From contig OZ218954.1 in NCBI GenBank assembly GCA_965112735.1, positions 3,596,001 to 3,660,000 on the forward strand: a DNA stretch of 64,000 bases. The letters run 5' to 3'. Positions 10,922 through 25,326 of this stretch are shown here, in pieces. The stretch is from Phaeosaccion multiseriatum. Taxonomy: Eukaryota > Protista > Ochrophyta, other classes. The position numbers were made by a program, and so were the translations under genes. The notes beneath the pieces are model-generated. The model was given only the letters and a program-made list of their open reading frames with translations. It did not search any database and had not been told where the DNA came from. Numbering within the stretch: the first letter of the stretch is position 1; each line of letters begins with the position of its first letter.

Positions 10922-13900
10922 ATGTCTAATACTACCCCCTCGATGATGTCCTGTCCTGTCTTAATGAATGTCCTGTATGCCCTTTGTCCTTATCCCCTTT
11001 GCCCACTACACGGCTTGTCGCTGACCCGATCATATTTGGGGGAATTTAACCAAAATAGACCTTCTCGATACCATATGTCGATGTCCTGCCCATACACCTA
11101 CAAGGACGGAGACACCGTGCCCGCGTACAGCTTTCCCACGGTCACCTCGGCCCCAGCCCCACACCTGCCATCGCACTTTGCTCATGAGGCCTGCAATCTT
11201 CCATTGGGGGGCGACTGCGGTGGGGTTGCGTACACCCTCGTACACGAGGCCCAGCCATGCAAGCAAGTGATGTCATCCGTCATGGCTGTCCCCTTTCCCT
11301 GGCTGCAGGTAGCTAAGTGGGTGCAAGATGGACCTCCCCCCGTACCCACATGCACTCTCTACTGCCCGGCCGAGGGCAAGCACGAGGAACACAAGTGAGG
11401 TCACAGCCAGCATGGGAAACAAGGTGCTTGTGACAAGCCCAAGTCGTTCATGCAGCCAGCCACCCCCCACCCTCCCTCGGTGGAAACCTCCATCGCCGCT
11501 AGCTAAGCCGGTGGACTGAAAAGTGCCTGCACCTAGAGACTGACAGGAGGAAGGAAGAGAAAGGGAAGGGGGAAGGGGGGGAGAGGGAAAAGCAAGAAGT
11601 TGCGCCGAAGGCCAAGGCGCATGGCTCACCAGGCAATAAGGAAGCCGGGCCAAGCGAGGCTTTCGCGCATTTCATGGGCTTGTAAGACGATTGTGCACGT
11701 ACGCTGCAACATGATTCGGACGGCCCCATCCAAATCATGCTGGCAGCATACGGTTAAGTCGCCATTGGTGGGGGGTCTGGTGGGAGCAATTCACATCCGC
11801 TGCAAATCACAGATGCCATAGGGGCTTTATGTCTTTATCATCAAGCATGGTGGACATTGAGGAGGCGCTGGAGCTCATTTCAGAGTGGATTGATGGGTGC
11901 AGCAGCAAGGGGGAGGGCGTTGGTGTGGGGGAACTTTCGCTTTGCTTGGCAGCCGTGCTGACCACCGTCGACTTTGACTCGCTGAAGACGAAGGGCCAAA
12001 CCCCGCTCCACGCTCTTGGTGAACTGGATAGGCGTGTCATAGAGGGCAGGAATCTGCAGATGCGGGGGAGTGTGAAGCTACTGAAGGCCTGCGGGCTGGA
12101 CATTGAAGCGAGACGAGGAGAATACGAAATGGATGGAGACTTAGAGCTGGATGATGATGGCATGACCCCGCTGGTCCAAGTTGTATGCAACGGGCACTTC
12201 GATTTGGCGCAGGGGCTTGTGGAGCAGGGTGCAGATGTGAACAAGTGTGTTTATGGAGGCTTTTTTCCCTTGGCAGCAGCTGCTGGTGGTAGAGACAATT
12301 GGGGCTGGTCGTACAGAAGTGACCCCATGATCATATCGTACCTGGTGGAGCATGGGGCCAAGGTGGAGGACACTAAGGCCTTGCACAGTGCCGCAGCAGC
12401 TGGTTGTCCTGAGTCTGTGAGCATACTACTCAAGGCCGGGGCCGAGGTGAATGAGGAAAACGAACAGGACACACCCGCCCAGTGTTGCTGTGAGGGGCAG
12501 GGCAAGAGCAGCACTAGCGAGAGATTGAAGGCCCTGTCCTTGCTGCTAGAGGCAGGAGCGGATTTGAATGTGAAGGATCCGGGTCGCAAGTCTCTCTTGC
12601 ACTTTGCTGCTTTTGCCGATCACAGTGAACTCATCGACGACCTCGTACGTCGAGGGCTGGCGGTGGACGCGAAGGACTCTTCTCAGCGCACTCCTCTGCA
12701 CTTCGCTGCTATGAACGGCAGCTCCACCTGTGTGAAGGCGCTCATCCGCCTCGGAGCCTCTCTTGACGCTGTTGATTCCAATAAGAACACGCCGCTCCAC
12801 AGTGCTCTGCAGTACGGGAATGAGGACGTTGCTGCCGAGCTGATCGACACGGGAGCCAAGGTGAACGCCAAGCGAGACGGCAACATTGCACCCCTTCACA
12901 TAGCAGCGGCATTGGGCAGCATGAGGCTTACGTACCTCCTGTTGGAGGCTGGGGCTGAGGTCGATGCGCTGACCAACACGGGAAGCAGCCCCTTGATGGT
13001 GTTCATGGCTCCTGAGAAGGACGACAACTTTTCAATCCTGTTCCGGTACGAAGGTCCACCGAGAGGGTCCAAGGAACAGAGGGAGAAGGTGGCGGCACTC
13101 CTGCTGGAGATGGGCGCTGCCGTTAGCAAGCCAGTCATGGCCTTGGTTGGCGAGAGCGATTGTGGGGACGTCATTGGGGCGCATTTCAGTAAGGAAAGGG
13201 ACGCACGAGATGCTTCTGATCGTGTTTGCAACACCATAGCTGGACACATCTCTTCCGGCTCTGCCTACTCTGAGGCCGCCAAGGAGGGCCGTGTGGTGCG
13301 AGTGCGCTTGGTAGACAGGGCAACGGGGAAGAGCAAGGAGACGCAGTACACACTGAGCATACCTCTGATGGAGCTGCTGATGAACAAGACTGAGGGAGAG
13401 GGAGGGAGCTCTGACGGCTCGGACAGGTATGACACGGCTGCAGGTAGTCTCCCCACCATGCTGGACCCGGCGGGGCGTGGCTTCATGGGCATCAAGGGCA
13501 AGGGTAAGGGCAACCGCAAGGCCAAGGCCAAGGACGAGGTGGAGATGACGTTTGACGGAGTGGACTTTACCGAGGAGGGGTTTGCAGCTGTGGTGCAGTT
13601 CGTCACGACGGGTAGCGTCAAGAGCCTGCTTACCCGAGGGCGCCATGGGCAGATGAGCTGTAGCACCAGATCCGAGACGGCTGGTGGCGGCGGCGACAGA
13701 AGAGGTGGTAGGAGTAATAGTGAGGAAGCATTAGGAGAGAGGAAGAGTGAGCGTGTGAAGCTGTTTGACGAGGTGAAGGCGCAGCAGGCTCTGCAGGCAG
13801 CGGACTTCTTCTGCATCAAGGCCATGTCGAGGGAGGTGAAGGCGCTCATGACTCTCTACGGCTTTGAGCTGATCAAGGAGGCGGAGGAGGGAGAGGAGGA

Positions 13901-13937
13901 GCCGCCGAGGAAGCGAAGCAGAGGAGTAGATCCTTAG
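10922..13937 (+). CDS. Ankyrin-repeat protein with C-terminal BTB/POZ-like domain; probable Cys-rich first exon 10922-11394 spliced to 11813-13937
   Basis: Ankyrin motifs TPLHFAAMNG, TPLHSALQYG, APLHIAAALG; BTB-like FAAVVQFVTTG...ALQAADFFCI. Donor AA|gtgagg (11394) and acceptor cacag|A (11813) are phase-compatible. The 5' exon is less certain than the main ORF 11829-13937. Confidence 0.8.
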
Positions 13938-14244
13938 CGGCGGAGGGCAAGGTTTGCTGACTTACTGCCCGTACGTAACCTTACGCCAAGGATTTAAAAA
14001 TCAATAGTCCCTTCTCAACAAAGCAAAACAGCGCGAGGTGCACCAGCCAGAGCCATAGATATAATACGGTGGAGGGCGACCGTGTAATCGTCGGATAGTG
14101 CTGCTTGGACTCTCGCCCGGGCCGCGTTATCCTCCTGCTACACATCCGTCAAGGCGCGAAGTGGGGACACCCAAAAAAAGGGGGGAAGAGCAGGAAGGAG
14201 TGGGCTGGGAGGGAGAGGATCTTCTTGGGGTGAGTGAAGTGGAG

Positions 14245-14692
14245 ATGGTGTCGACGTCGTCCTCTGCTGATGCTGGTGGCGATGGTGGAGAGCCGCCCAT
14301 GTCTCTGAAGAGGGCGGCCGACCTGGCCGCGCAAGTTGCCTTACCGTGGGTGGAGAAGTACCGCCCAGAGGGACTGGAGGTGAGTGGAGAGGGAGAGCCA
14401 GGGTATAGGAGGTGTATGCATGCGTATAGAAGGAATGGTGGTCAGTGGCGAGGCGGGACAGTGGGGGAAGATTGGGGTGAAGGCAGAGGCTTTTTAGTTT
14501 GTGATGAAGAGGGAGGGGGAGAGGGAACGGAGGGGAGTGGCGAGGCGGGCCACAGGAGATAAGACTAGGGAATGAGATTTTAGAAAGCATGTCCGCACAA
14601 TGTATATGCGCTCGAGTTGTTCTTGTGTATCGTTCTTATCTGAGTCTTGGCTGTGGTTTGTTTCCCTCGTTCTCTTGACGCACTCACCCCCT

Positions 14693-14728
<36 letters not shown>

Positions 14729-15875
14729 CCTGTGGACGCGGGCACACACGCACACACGCACCCACGCACCCACGCACACAGGATCTCGTGGCCCAGGATG
14801 ATATCGTGAGCGTATTAAATACCCTCATTGAGAGCAATAGACTTCCCCATCTCCTCTTTTACGGCCCTCCCGGAACAGGTACGCGGGGGACGGGGGGGGG
14901 GAAGGGAGGGAGGGACTTTGAGGGAAAGAGAGAGAGAGAGAGGAGAAGGTTGGGAGCGAGAGAGAGTGAGGTAGAGATGTGTGGGTGTAATAGTTGCGAG
15001 GGCGAGGGGCGTGTGTGGAAGTCTGGAGCGTATAACCCTTCCCTCTGCTGCCATCTGCGTGTACACCTCCATCGAAGCCTGAGACACCAGCGTTGGTCAA
15101 GAATCTTCCCTGCCCCTTATCCTGACATGAGACCCCTCACGCCCAACCCCTCCCCCCTCCCCCCTCCCCTCCCCTGCCCTCCCCTCCCCTCCCCACCTCC
15201 CCCCTCCCCTGCCCTCCCCTCCCCTCCCCTACCCTACCCTATCCTTCCCTTCCCTACCCTTCCCTTCCCTACCCTTCCCTTCCCTTCCCTTCCCTACCCT
15301 ACCCTACCCTACCCTACCCTACCCTACCCTACCCTACCCTACCCTACCCTACCCTTCCCTACCCTACCCTACCCTACCCTTCACTCCCCTCCCCTCCCCT
15401 CCCCTCCCCTCCCCTCCTCCCCCCTTCCCTTCCCCTCCCGTTCCCTCCCGTCCCCTCCCGTCCCCTCCCACACCACCACCTCCCTCCCTTCCCTTGCAGG
15501 CAAGACATCGACCATCTTAGCGTGTGCGAAGAAGCTGTATGGGAAGGGCTCGAACTCCATGGTACTGGAGCTCAATGCCTCAGACGATCGCGGAATCGAC
15601 GTTGTTCGAAATCAAATCAAGGAGTTTGCAGGTGCGTGAGTGTGCAGTGCTGTCGGTTCAGTTCAGTCATATGGAAAGGGACACTGACAAGCAGTGCGGG
15701 GTTTCGAAGCCATCTCTTCTGATCAGGACGATCCTCTTCCTCTTTCTGCGTGATACAATGCTGTGCCGCGTACCCAAATATCTCCTCCTCCTGTTACTGC
15801 TGCTGCTGCGATAACAACCACTGCTTACTGCTGCTACTACTACTGCTGCTGCTGCTACTGCTACTACTGCTGCTG

Positions 15876-15908
<33 letters not shown>

Positions 15909-16964
15909 TTTTTTCTTTCTCTCCTTTTACTACCACTACTTTTAATAGTAACCTCACTTCTCTTCCTCCTCCTCCAGGTACGAAGCGGCTGTTCAGCAGC
16001 GGCATCAAGCTTGTGATCTTGGACGAGGCGGATGCGATGACCAGCGAAGCGCAGTTCTCGCTACGACGGGTCATTGAGAAGGTAAGGAGTCAGGCAGGGA
16101 AGAGTAGTATAGTAAGTCACTGATGCCGTCAGAGTGAGTCAAAGAGGTCTGTACTCTCTCTCCCACACCCTCCTCCTTTGACCACCCTCTGCTTTCTCTG
16201 CCGCATCCCCCTCCCTCCCCCCCACACACGCACACGCACACGCACACGCACACACGAACACACGAACACACACACGCAGTACACGAAACACACCCGCTTC
16301 TGCCTGATTTGTAACTACGTGAACAAGATCATCCCAGCCCTGCAGAGCCGATGTACCAAGTTCCGCTTCGCCCCTCTCAAGGCCACGCACATCATGGGAA
16401 GGCTTCAACACGTCATCGACGCGGAGAAGGTGTGGGAGGAGGAGGACGAAGGCAGGGAGTGGAAGTATGTATCTCCCTTTCCACGTCCATGTAATATGTT
16501 AATGCAATGTTCCCCCTGGTCCGCTTCTCGCCCCCAGAGTGAGTGCCCACTGAATTTGCTCTCTTCCCCCCCTCCTTCCCAATCCGCTGCCACCCCCCCT
16601 CCGGCTTACCTTCCGCTCTCCCGCTCCCTCCCTCTTCCCCTCCCGCTCTCAGGTGACCATAACGCCCGAGGGAAAGGACGCCATCATCAAGCTCGGGCAG
16701 GGAGACATGCGGCGTGTCATCAACCTTCTGCAGTGCGCCTCTATGGCCTACGAGAAAGTACGACCCTGACCCTGACTCTCCCCCCCCCCCCTCCCCCTCA
16801 CTCTCACCCTCACCCTCACCCTCACCTTCACTTTCAGCCTCACCCTCACCCTCACCCTCACCCTCTCCCCCTCATCCTCACCCTCACCCTCACCCTCAGC
16901 TTCACCCTCTCCCTCACCCTCACCCTCTCCCCCTCATCCTCATCCTCACCCTCCTCATCCTCCT

Positions 16965-17013
<49 letters not shown>

Positions 17014-17084
17014 GCCCTCAGCTTCACCCTCTCCCTCACCCTCACCCTCACCCTCACTCTCACCTTCACCCTCTTCCTCATCCT

Positions 17085-17122
<38 letters not shown>

Positions 17123-18114
17123 TCCTCACCCTCACCCTCACCCTTACCCTCACTCTCACCCTCACCCTCACCCTCTCCCCCTCATCCTCATCCTCACCCT
17201 CACCCTCACCCTCGCCCTCACCCTCTCCCCCTCATCCTCTCCCTCACCCTCAATCCTCACTCTCATCCTCACCCTCAGCTTCACCCTCTCCCTCACCCTC
17301 ACCTCCCCTCTCCCTCACCCTCTGCCTCCCCTCCTCCTCCTCTCTGTCGCCATCTGTAAAAAGGTGGATGAGGAGAACACATACCTCTGTGCGGCGGCGC
17401 CCCTGGCCAGAGACGTGGACAAGATCGTGGATTGGCTCTTCAACTCCTCCTTCAAAGAAGCTTTCGAGGTGAGTGTCAGCTTCAGCTTCAGTTTCAGCTT
17501 CAGCTTCATTGTATGAAACCACTTCCAATATCAGTGTCAATAACCAATCCAGCAAAGGATCGGTCTTCCCCGCCTTCTCTCTGTCTCTCTCTGTCTCTCT
17601 CTCTCTGTCTCTCTCTCTCTCTGTCTCTCTCTCTCTGTCTGTCTCTCTCCCTCTCTCTCTATCTCTCTCTCTCGCCTCCCCGCCGACTGACTCATTGGAT
17701 GAATGTCCGTCTGACCACCCATCCGCCCCTTCCCCCATTGGTACACATCTGCCTCCTCCTCCTCTTCCTCCTCCTCCCCCTCCTCCTCTGCCTCGCTCCT
17801 CCTACTCCTCTTCCTCCTCCACGCCACACACACACACATACACACACGCACACACATACACACTCCATAAACAGGGCATCCAAGCCATGACGGTGTCCAT
17901 GGGCTACGCTCTCAATGACATACTCCAGGACCTGACACTCCGTATTATGGACATTGAGCTGCCCCCCCTGGTGCTCGCCGAGCTGCTGTCCGGTCTGTCA
18001 GATGTGGAACATCGCCTGTCCTACGGCTCGGATGACTCTCTTCAGCTTGGGGCAGTGGTGGGGGGCTTCTGTCTGGCACGGGCAGCAATGGCACCGCCGG
18101 GCAGCAAAAAGTAA
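14245..18114 (+). CDS. RFC5: Replication factor C small subunit (human RFC5/yeast Rfc3 type), 8 exons
   Basis: [88 protein letters not shown], joined by GT-AG introns. Confidence 0.95.
15140..15490. repeat. Intronic (CCCTA/CCCTT/CCCCT)n pentamer repeats
   Basis: accctaccct arrays in RFC5 intron 2. Confidence 0.85.
16795..17320. repeat. Intronic (CCCTCA)n hexamer array
   Basis: Degenerate CCCTCA repeats filling an RFC5 intron. Confidence 0.9.
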
Positions 18115-18658
18115 TAGAGAAAGAGGATGTATTGCTCCTCATTATGAAATACATGTGTTTCCTATACAATACACCGTAACTCTGCACATCACCCCCCCCC
18201 CGTCCCCCCGCACACATACATAATTCTTGGGTTGATTCTTGGGAGTCCATATAATACCCCCAAACGCTGCACAAAGTCAAAGCATATACAAGTACAGTAG
18301 CCAAGGAAGCACAGATTGGTACGGAACACACTTCCCTCTATCCCTCTCCCGATCCTCTCTGATCACACACACTTTACAACACCGCCGCAGCCCGAGTACC
18401 ATACCGCACCCGCACCGACTCTTTTAACCTTCAAGGATATACTCAAAAGACTCGTTGCCTCATCCTCCTCCATCCTCTCTCTCTCTCATTCCCTTCTCCG
18501 TCTTCTCTTCCTCATGCTCTCTCACTCCCTTGAGTACGACAATAAGGGGGTGAAAACTACGAAGAGTCCTAAGATACTCTCATTATTCACAACCCCCTCT
18601 CTATATACATACACCCGCCTCGGTGTACCCGTTCCTCGTCCATCCCCTCCTTCTCTAC

Positions 18659-20136
18659 CTAGCTAGCCCTCCGCCGGCACCGCTTCCCTCGCCCCTCCTC
18701 CTCCTCTTCGATGCGGCGCTGCGCGGTGGCCCCTCCTCCAGCTCCAGTGAGCCCCACTGCTCTACCCACACTCTCGTCCCCCCTCTCCTCCTTCTCCTCC
18801 TGCCCCACCCCCTCCCCTGACCTTCGTCCACCACAGCCTTCCTCTCCTCCTCCCTCCCTCCTCCTCTCCTCCTTCCTCTCCCCCCCCTTTCCTCCCTCCC
18901 CTCCCTCCCCTCTTCCCCGCTTGGCCGTACCACCACCCCTTTTCATCCCCCCCGCCATTTGTGTGCGCATAGAGGCAAGTGAATAGGCCGCCTCTGCTGA
19001 TGACGACGCCGATTCTGTCTCACCAACTGCTGCATGACTGAGGTGGGCTGCGTAAGCCCCAATCGAAGCTGCTGACGATACAATCAAGGCTGTCCTCTCT
19101 CCCATAGCCCCTTCTCCTCCTCTGGCTCTGGCATCATTCGAAGGGGGTTGAGGTTCAAACACGTCCGAGGAGGAAGGGGGAAGGTAGCTGCTGCCAGCGC
19201 CACCGGAGACGACCACCACTGCTGCTGCTGAAGCTGTGTGCAAGAGCAAAGGAAGAGAGTGTGTGTGTGGGGGGGAGAGGGAGAGAGAGGAGCAGTGAAG
19301 GGCGAAGAGCGAGAAGGAAATCAGCCTGAGTTTCAGTGTATTGACCTCGACCATTGATGATGACATGCCATGCCCCCCCCCACCTCGTGCTTCTATGCAT
19401 TCAGCACCCACCATCGATTCAGCCATTCTTCTCACCTGTAGGTATAGTCGACACGGCCGCCGTCGCCCCAAGCCACGCCTCTGCGTTGCTCCTCCGAGGA
19501 CAGGCAGCATTAGCACCACCATCACTAGCCCTAGCAGCAGCAGTTGGTGATTCTGCTGCTGAAGTGTCGCCAGCAACACCTCGCCCCCCCTCTCCCTTTC
19601 CCTCCTCCTCCTCCTCCTCCTCCTTCGTGGGTCTGGCTCTGCTCAGAGATGCAGACAGGCCCTTCGACAAGTCCTTGGAGAGGACGGTCGGGTGCTGCTG
19701 CTGCTGTTCTGTGCTACGCTGGGGCTGCCCCAGGGGGGACTTGGGAGGTGCCCCGGGGTGGAGGAGCTCGTTCGCGTACTTGGAGAACTCATCCCGGGCG
19801 CACGCACCCACCAACTTACTCTCCTCAAACATCTTCTCCAGATATCCCCTCTGTGGTGAGTAACGCTCAAACTGTCCTACGACATGTTCAAAGACCTCCT
19901 CCATCTGCTCGAGAAGTCGAAAGAGTCTTGTGTATTGCGTGAAGGGCTGTACCGAAACGACATGATTCATGTATCTGTCCCGCGTGAGGTAGCCTGCAGG
20001 GTATTGTTGTTTTGTGATTGAAAAAAAAAACAAGGAAGAAGGAAAAAAAAAAAAAAAAGGAAAGAAAAAAAAAGCACACATACACGGTGTTGGTGATAGA
20101 AACAGAGACAGACAAGACCAGCAGGCAGGCAGACAC

Positions 20137-20199
<63 letters not shown>

Positions 20200-20271
20200 C
20201 ACAGACAGACAGACAGACAGGCAGACAGACAGGCAAGACAGCCAGACAGACTGACAGACATACTGACTGAC

Positions 20272-20303
<32 letters not shown>

Positions 20304-22942
20304 TTACTGACTGACCTGTGTACTTATCGTGCTTCTTGAGTATCTTGCTGGCGGCGCAGTAAGTCATTATGACCCACTGCTCCAACTGAAGAAGCTCCTT
20401 GTACGCCTGCCAGGGGAAGGGTGTGCGCAGTTTCAGTTTGTGAGGGCACAGCTGTCACTTGTGAGGAAAAGGAGGAGGAGGAGGAGGAGCAAGGGGAGGA
20501 GTAGTTGTAGTAGTAGCAGGGGAGGAGATGGGAGTTACCCGTACACCCACCTGTGTGCAGATGCTCCCGAGCTGGTACCACTCGTGCTCCTCACTCTCCT
20601 GCTCCTCCTGCCCCTGGTGCTGCCCCTGCTGCGCCCCCTGCTGCTGTGGGCGCGTGAGGGTATGTTCTCGCACCATTTGCATAGACTTGACCGCCAAACG
20701 GAGGTTTCTGTGTCGTCGTGGTCACGTGCGTTGGTTGAGAGGAGAGCAAGGAAGGGTGAGGAGAAAGCACCTTACGTAAAGAAGCAAAAGCACCTCACGT
20801 AAAGAAGCAAAAAAAGACAGTAGGGCAACACGGCACCGCTCCTTTCCCCATCCACTGCCATCCTCTGCCATTCTCTCGAAAAGTCTTCTCACTTGAGCCT
20901 GAAGTTGAACTGCTGCTCGACGTTGAGGAAAAAGTGGTTGCTCTTCTTAATCTCGAGATTAACGAGGCGGAAGAACTGCACCTCCCCCGTGCTCCTGAAC
21001 AGCCGTTCCAGTTTCAGTTTAGGAGACCCCCAACCAATTATGCACAGCCGTTTCAGTGTGCATCACGTTGCATGGCATTGGTGATGGTGTGAAAGAGGAG
21101 GAGGGGGTGAGCGTGAAGGGTGGGATGGTGCGAGTGAGTCTCGGGTGTGTATGTGTGTGTGGGGGGGTGGGGGGGGGGGAGTGGGGCGCACAAGATAGTG
21201 GGGGAGCGGAGAGGAGAGATGGGGCGGCAGTGAGTGAGTGAGTGGGTCTCGCCTCCCTTCAAAAGGTCTTTCTTCCTTCACCCCTAGCAAACCTCGCCGT
21301 CTGTGAGGATATGAGAGATACACGCTAGATGTAGGTAAGTCCATTCCGCTTCATTGTTCATAGCAAAATAATCAAACGAGGACAGGACAGGAAGAGGCAG
21401 AGAGAGAGAGGAAGAGCGAGCGAGCAAGAGAGCGAGAGAGAGAGAGAGAGAGAGAGGGAAAGAGAGATTAAGAGCATAACCCCCCCTGTCTCCTGTCCAC
21501 TCCCACAAGTACCCTCTTACAGAGACAATCTCCCTCTTACAGAGGGATTGTAGAAGGACCTCCCTCCCTCCCATCCTTCTCCCCTCCCTCCCTCCCTCCC
21601 TCCCTCCCTCCCTCCCTCCCTCCCTCCCTCCCTCCCTCCCTCCCATCCTTCTTCCCTCCCTCCCTCCCTCCCTCCCATCCTTCTCCCCTCCCTCCCTCCC
21701 TCCCTCCCTTACCTCGCGAGCACCTCTGCCGTAGTCCGCCTCGCCGTGGCTGGAGACGCTCGTTTCCTACTGCCGCCTGTTTGGACTCTCCCATCTGTCA
21801 GCCTACCCCCCTCGCCTGCCCGTGCTGCTACCACCCTCCCTACCGCTGCTGCTGCCGCTGCTGCTGTCGCCCTGTCGTTCTGCGGCTGCTCTTGGTCATG
21901 CGCAGGGGCAGGAAGCAGCTTGATTCTCTGGTGGGAGGTGGGGGAGGTGATGGAAGGTGGGTGAGTTGAATGAGTGAGTGAGTGAGTGAGTAAGCGAGTG
22001 GGTGTGTGAGTGGGTGAGTGAGTTAGCGAGTGAGTGAGTGAGTGAGTGAGTGAGTGAGTGAGTGAGTGAGTGAGGTCGTGAGTGAGTGAGTGGGCGAGTA
22101 TGTGAGTATGTCAGTGAGTCAGTGAGTGAGTGAGTGAGTGAGTGAGTGAGTGAGTGAGTGAGTGAGTGAGGGGTGAGAGAGTTAGGAAGGGTACTTTGGT
22201 TGTGCCCTCACACGACCGGTCACTCCTCTCCCTTCGCCCCTCTCCCTTCGCTCCCCGCCCTGCATCCCTCCCATCCCCCCCCCCCCAAGACTCGAGAGCA
22301 CCTCACCGCCTCTCTCCCCTCGTCCCGGCAAATGCTTTGGTTGTGCCTCCACACGACCAGTCAGTCGCTCCACTCCCTCCCCTCCATCCCTCCCTCCCTC
22401 TGCCTCCCCATGGACTCGAGAGAAACGTTCACTCGCTCCCCTCCCTCCCCTCCCACCCTCCGTCTCGCCTTGGACTCAACAGAAACAGCCACGAGGTACC
22501 GCTCCTCCCTGACCGCCCTTTCTCCCCTCACCCTCTTCGACAATGGTACATGCGGTTGTGCCTCCACGCGACCGGTCAGTCGCTTCGCTCCCCTCCCTCC
22601 CTCCGAGAGAAGCTGGCATTCACCCGTGAGGTGCCCTCCTACCCTCCTCCTCCCTCCATCCCATAGAAGTTGGCCATCCCCGTGGGGTCCCCTTCTCCCC
22701 TCCTCCTCCCGGCAACGTTTTGACGATTGCGCCCCCCCTCCTCCACCCCCCCCACGACCAGTCGCTCTCCACTTCATTCCACTCCACCCCCCCCCCTTTG
22801 CAGTGCAACCAAGACAGGGACGTAAGCCTAGCCACGGCCAAAAAGCACTCACCTTCTTGAGGAACTTGTACTTTACCCAAAAGGGAGCCCATTCGGTGAC
22901 GGATAGCTGCTGAACGATGGTTATTCTCTTACCGAACTTCAT
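18659..22942 (-). CDS. SPX-domain protein (phosphate/inositol-polyphosphate sensor) with low-complexity tail, multi-exon
   Basis: MKFGKRI...EWAPFWVKYKFLKK; EVQFFRLVNLEIKKSNHFF; LEQWVIMTYCAASKILKKHDKYTG; VSVQPF. The last exon and stop are less certain. Confidence 0.85.
21965..22172. repeat. (GTGA)n array, i.e. (CTCA)n on the SPX sense strand
   Basis: gtgagtgagtga run just upstream (in sense) of an SPX acceptor. Confidence 0.9.
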
Positions 22943-24288
22943 CGTCTCCTCTTCTCTCTCCCTCTCTTTGGAAAGAAGACGAAACTCACTACCTTTGATT
23001 GAGCCTGAATCGCACTCCGAGACTAGGAGGAGGGGTGTGATACAGTGATGAACTGAGGAAGGGGGGGGGGGGGGGGAATAGCGGCCGGACAAGAGGACGG
23101 AGGGCGGGGAGAGGAGGGAATTGACGTGATTCACGCTTAGCTTTCATCAAGCCCAGAAATGACAAAACAGAGGCAAGAGAGTGGGGTGCAAGCGACGTAC
23201 CCATCCATTCCGGACGTAACTGAGCAAATAAAAAAGAGGGGAAAGAAGTGAGCATGTTGAGTGGATGTAAGAGTAACAAACAATACAGAGGCTGGAGAGT
23301 CATAAAGTGATAGGAGCGGATATCGGTCTGATCAAGACCAAGTCCTTAGGCTATTTGCGCCCCGGCGCGAGAGGAGGGGAGGAAGTGGTGGTGGGGATGG
23401 GGAGGTTTGTTTTGAGCGGTCGAGGAGGTGGAGGTGGGAGTAGGGGGGCGTAGGGAGGAGGTGGGGTGTGGGAGGCGTGATGGCTGGTCCAACAAGTATT
23501 GGAAGAAACAGAGCAGAGACGGACAGAGGGGGCAGGCGTCTTGATTAAGGGACAGCGGTGAACTCACGTACCTGTTGAAGGTTACGTGGAGACCAGAAAA
23601 AACGCCTTTCTCCTTGCTCGACGACCTGAACTTGATCAATGGAAAAAGAATATGAACCTTCTCCTCAGGGCACAAGCACAGAGGAATTCACTCCACAGAT
23701 ACACAGCTGCAGAAGGACAATATGGGGGTGAAGATATCTATATAGCAAAAGGGAAAGAGAAAGAAAAATCGATGTACTCGACATAAAAACGAATAACCCG
23801 AATTAATTTAATCGGTAAAACCGATATCAAATCCGAGGGGGCTATTCGCGGCTTTTGGAGAGACGAGTCCGAGATTATATAAAACAGGAAAAAGGGAGGC
23901 AGGGGCGCATACACCAGAGGCAGATGGAGGCGTGAGGGAGAGAAGAAAGGAGGAGAAGAGAGGCGCTGCTTGTGAGAGGCTGGTGGAGTTACTGTGGCGA
24001 GCAACGCCTAAATTCTCGGCAAGGTGTATCTCCCTGAAGGGGCCGGGGCTTTTGTTGCGCCGGAAGCAACATCCCTCCAACAACAACCAAAAGGGCATGA
24101 TTGGGGACTGAGCTCTGCGCGACAAGTCTGAAGGGCTGGGAGTGGAGCGCATCAGGCCGCTGAGGAGTCGGCCGGTGTTTTTTTTTAAACACTCGGAACG
24201 GGAGAAAGGACAGGGAGAACGGCAGGGGCAGCCAAACAGCCAACGAGAACGAACGGCGCAGTGGACGAGCCGTCGCAGCGACGGCGCA

Positions 24289-25178
24289 ATGTCGGAGGAC
24301 ACCAAGGGAGGGCCTCGGCTTGTGCACGTGGCCTCAGCCAACGTGGACTTTGTGCCGCTGCAATGCGACGAGTCAAGTGGTGGGTGGAATAGAGGGAAAA
24401 AGAGCAGCAGCTGCAGCACCAGCAGCAGCAGTAGCAGTAGCGCCAGACGGCGGAAGCAGCTACAGCAGCAGCGCTGGCGAGCCTTCTTCCTCCAGAGCGT
24501 GACCACCTTCGCTCTCATGGTGGTCGGCCCTCTGTACGTACTTTCCCAGCACACTTCCTTTCTGTACGAGGATTTCTCGTCCAGCACCGACGGACGCCTG
24601 CAGCAGCAGTTGCAGCAGCAAAGGGGAGGAGGAGGAGGAAGGGGGGTTGCATTCAACCAGCAGCAGTATGGGAGTGGGAGAGGAGCAGCCGCCTCCCATC
24701 ACCGCTGGCTCCGAAGTCTGGGGGAGGAGGAGGAGATGATGGTGGACGAGGGGGAGTGGAGCAGGAGATTGAACCACCTTGTCACGGATGCCGACGGGGT
24801 GGTGAGCTTCAAGTACGACGCCCTCTTCCAAGTGGTGCTCTGCGTCTCCTCCCTCACGGGCTCGGGCCTCGACCGCAACGTTGTCCGATCCGCAGTAGCT
24901 TCCTCCCTGGACATTGGCACCAACAGAGTCACTGAGGTGTTTGAGGATGATGAGCTTACGTACTGCCTGGGGCGGGCCGCGGAGGACGAGCCCATTGCGG
25001 GGCAGCAGCAGTGGGGCCTGGTTATCACCAGCGACTACGAGGATAGTGAGGCAGAGCCTGCTGAGAGCGGAGCCGTGCAGAGTGCAGCGTTGGTGGCCGG
25101 CGTCACTGGAGGTGCGTGCGTTGTGTGCATCTCTCTCTCTCTCTCTCTCTCTCGCCACTGCCCTTCCGTCTCTGTCTC

Positions 25179-25210
<32 letters not shown>

Positions 25211-25231
25211 GCCACTGCCCTTCCATCTCTG

Positions 25232-25269
<38 letters not shown>

Positions 25270-25290
25270 CACTGCCCTTCCGTCTCTGTC

Positions 25291-25326
<36 letters not shown>

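Noticed and set aside
16795-17320. (TGAGGG)n/(TAGGG)n arrays as interstitial telomeres
   Set aside because: Not TTAGGG/TTTAGGG, confined to introns, and one of many SSR classes here.
22195-22775. CRISPR-like repeat-spacer array
   Set aside because: Degenerate repeats, irregular long spacers, eukaryotic intron, no cas genes.
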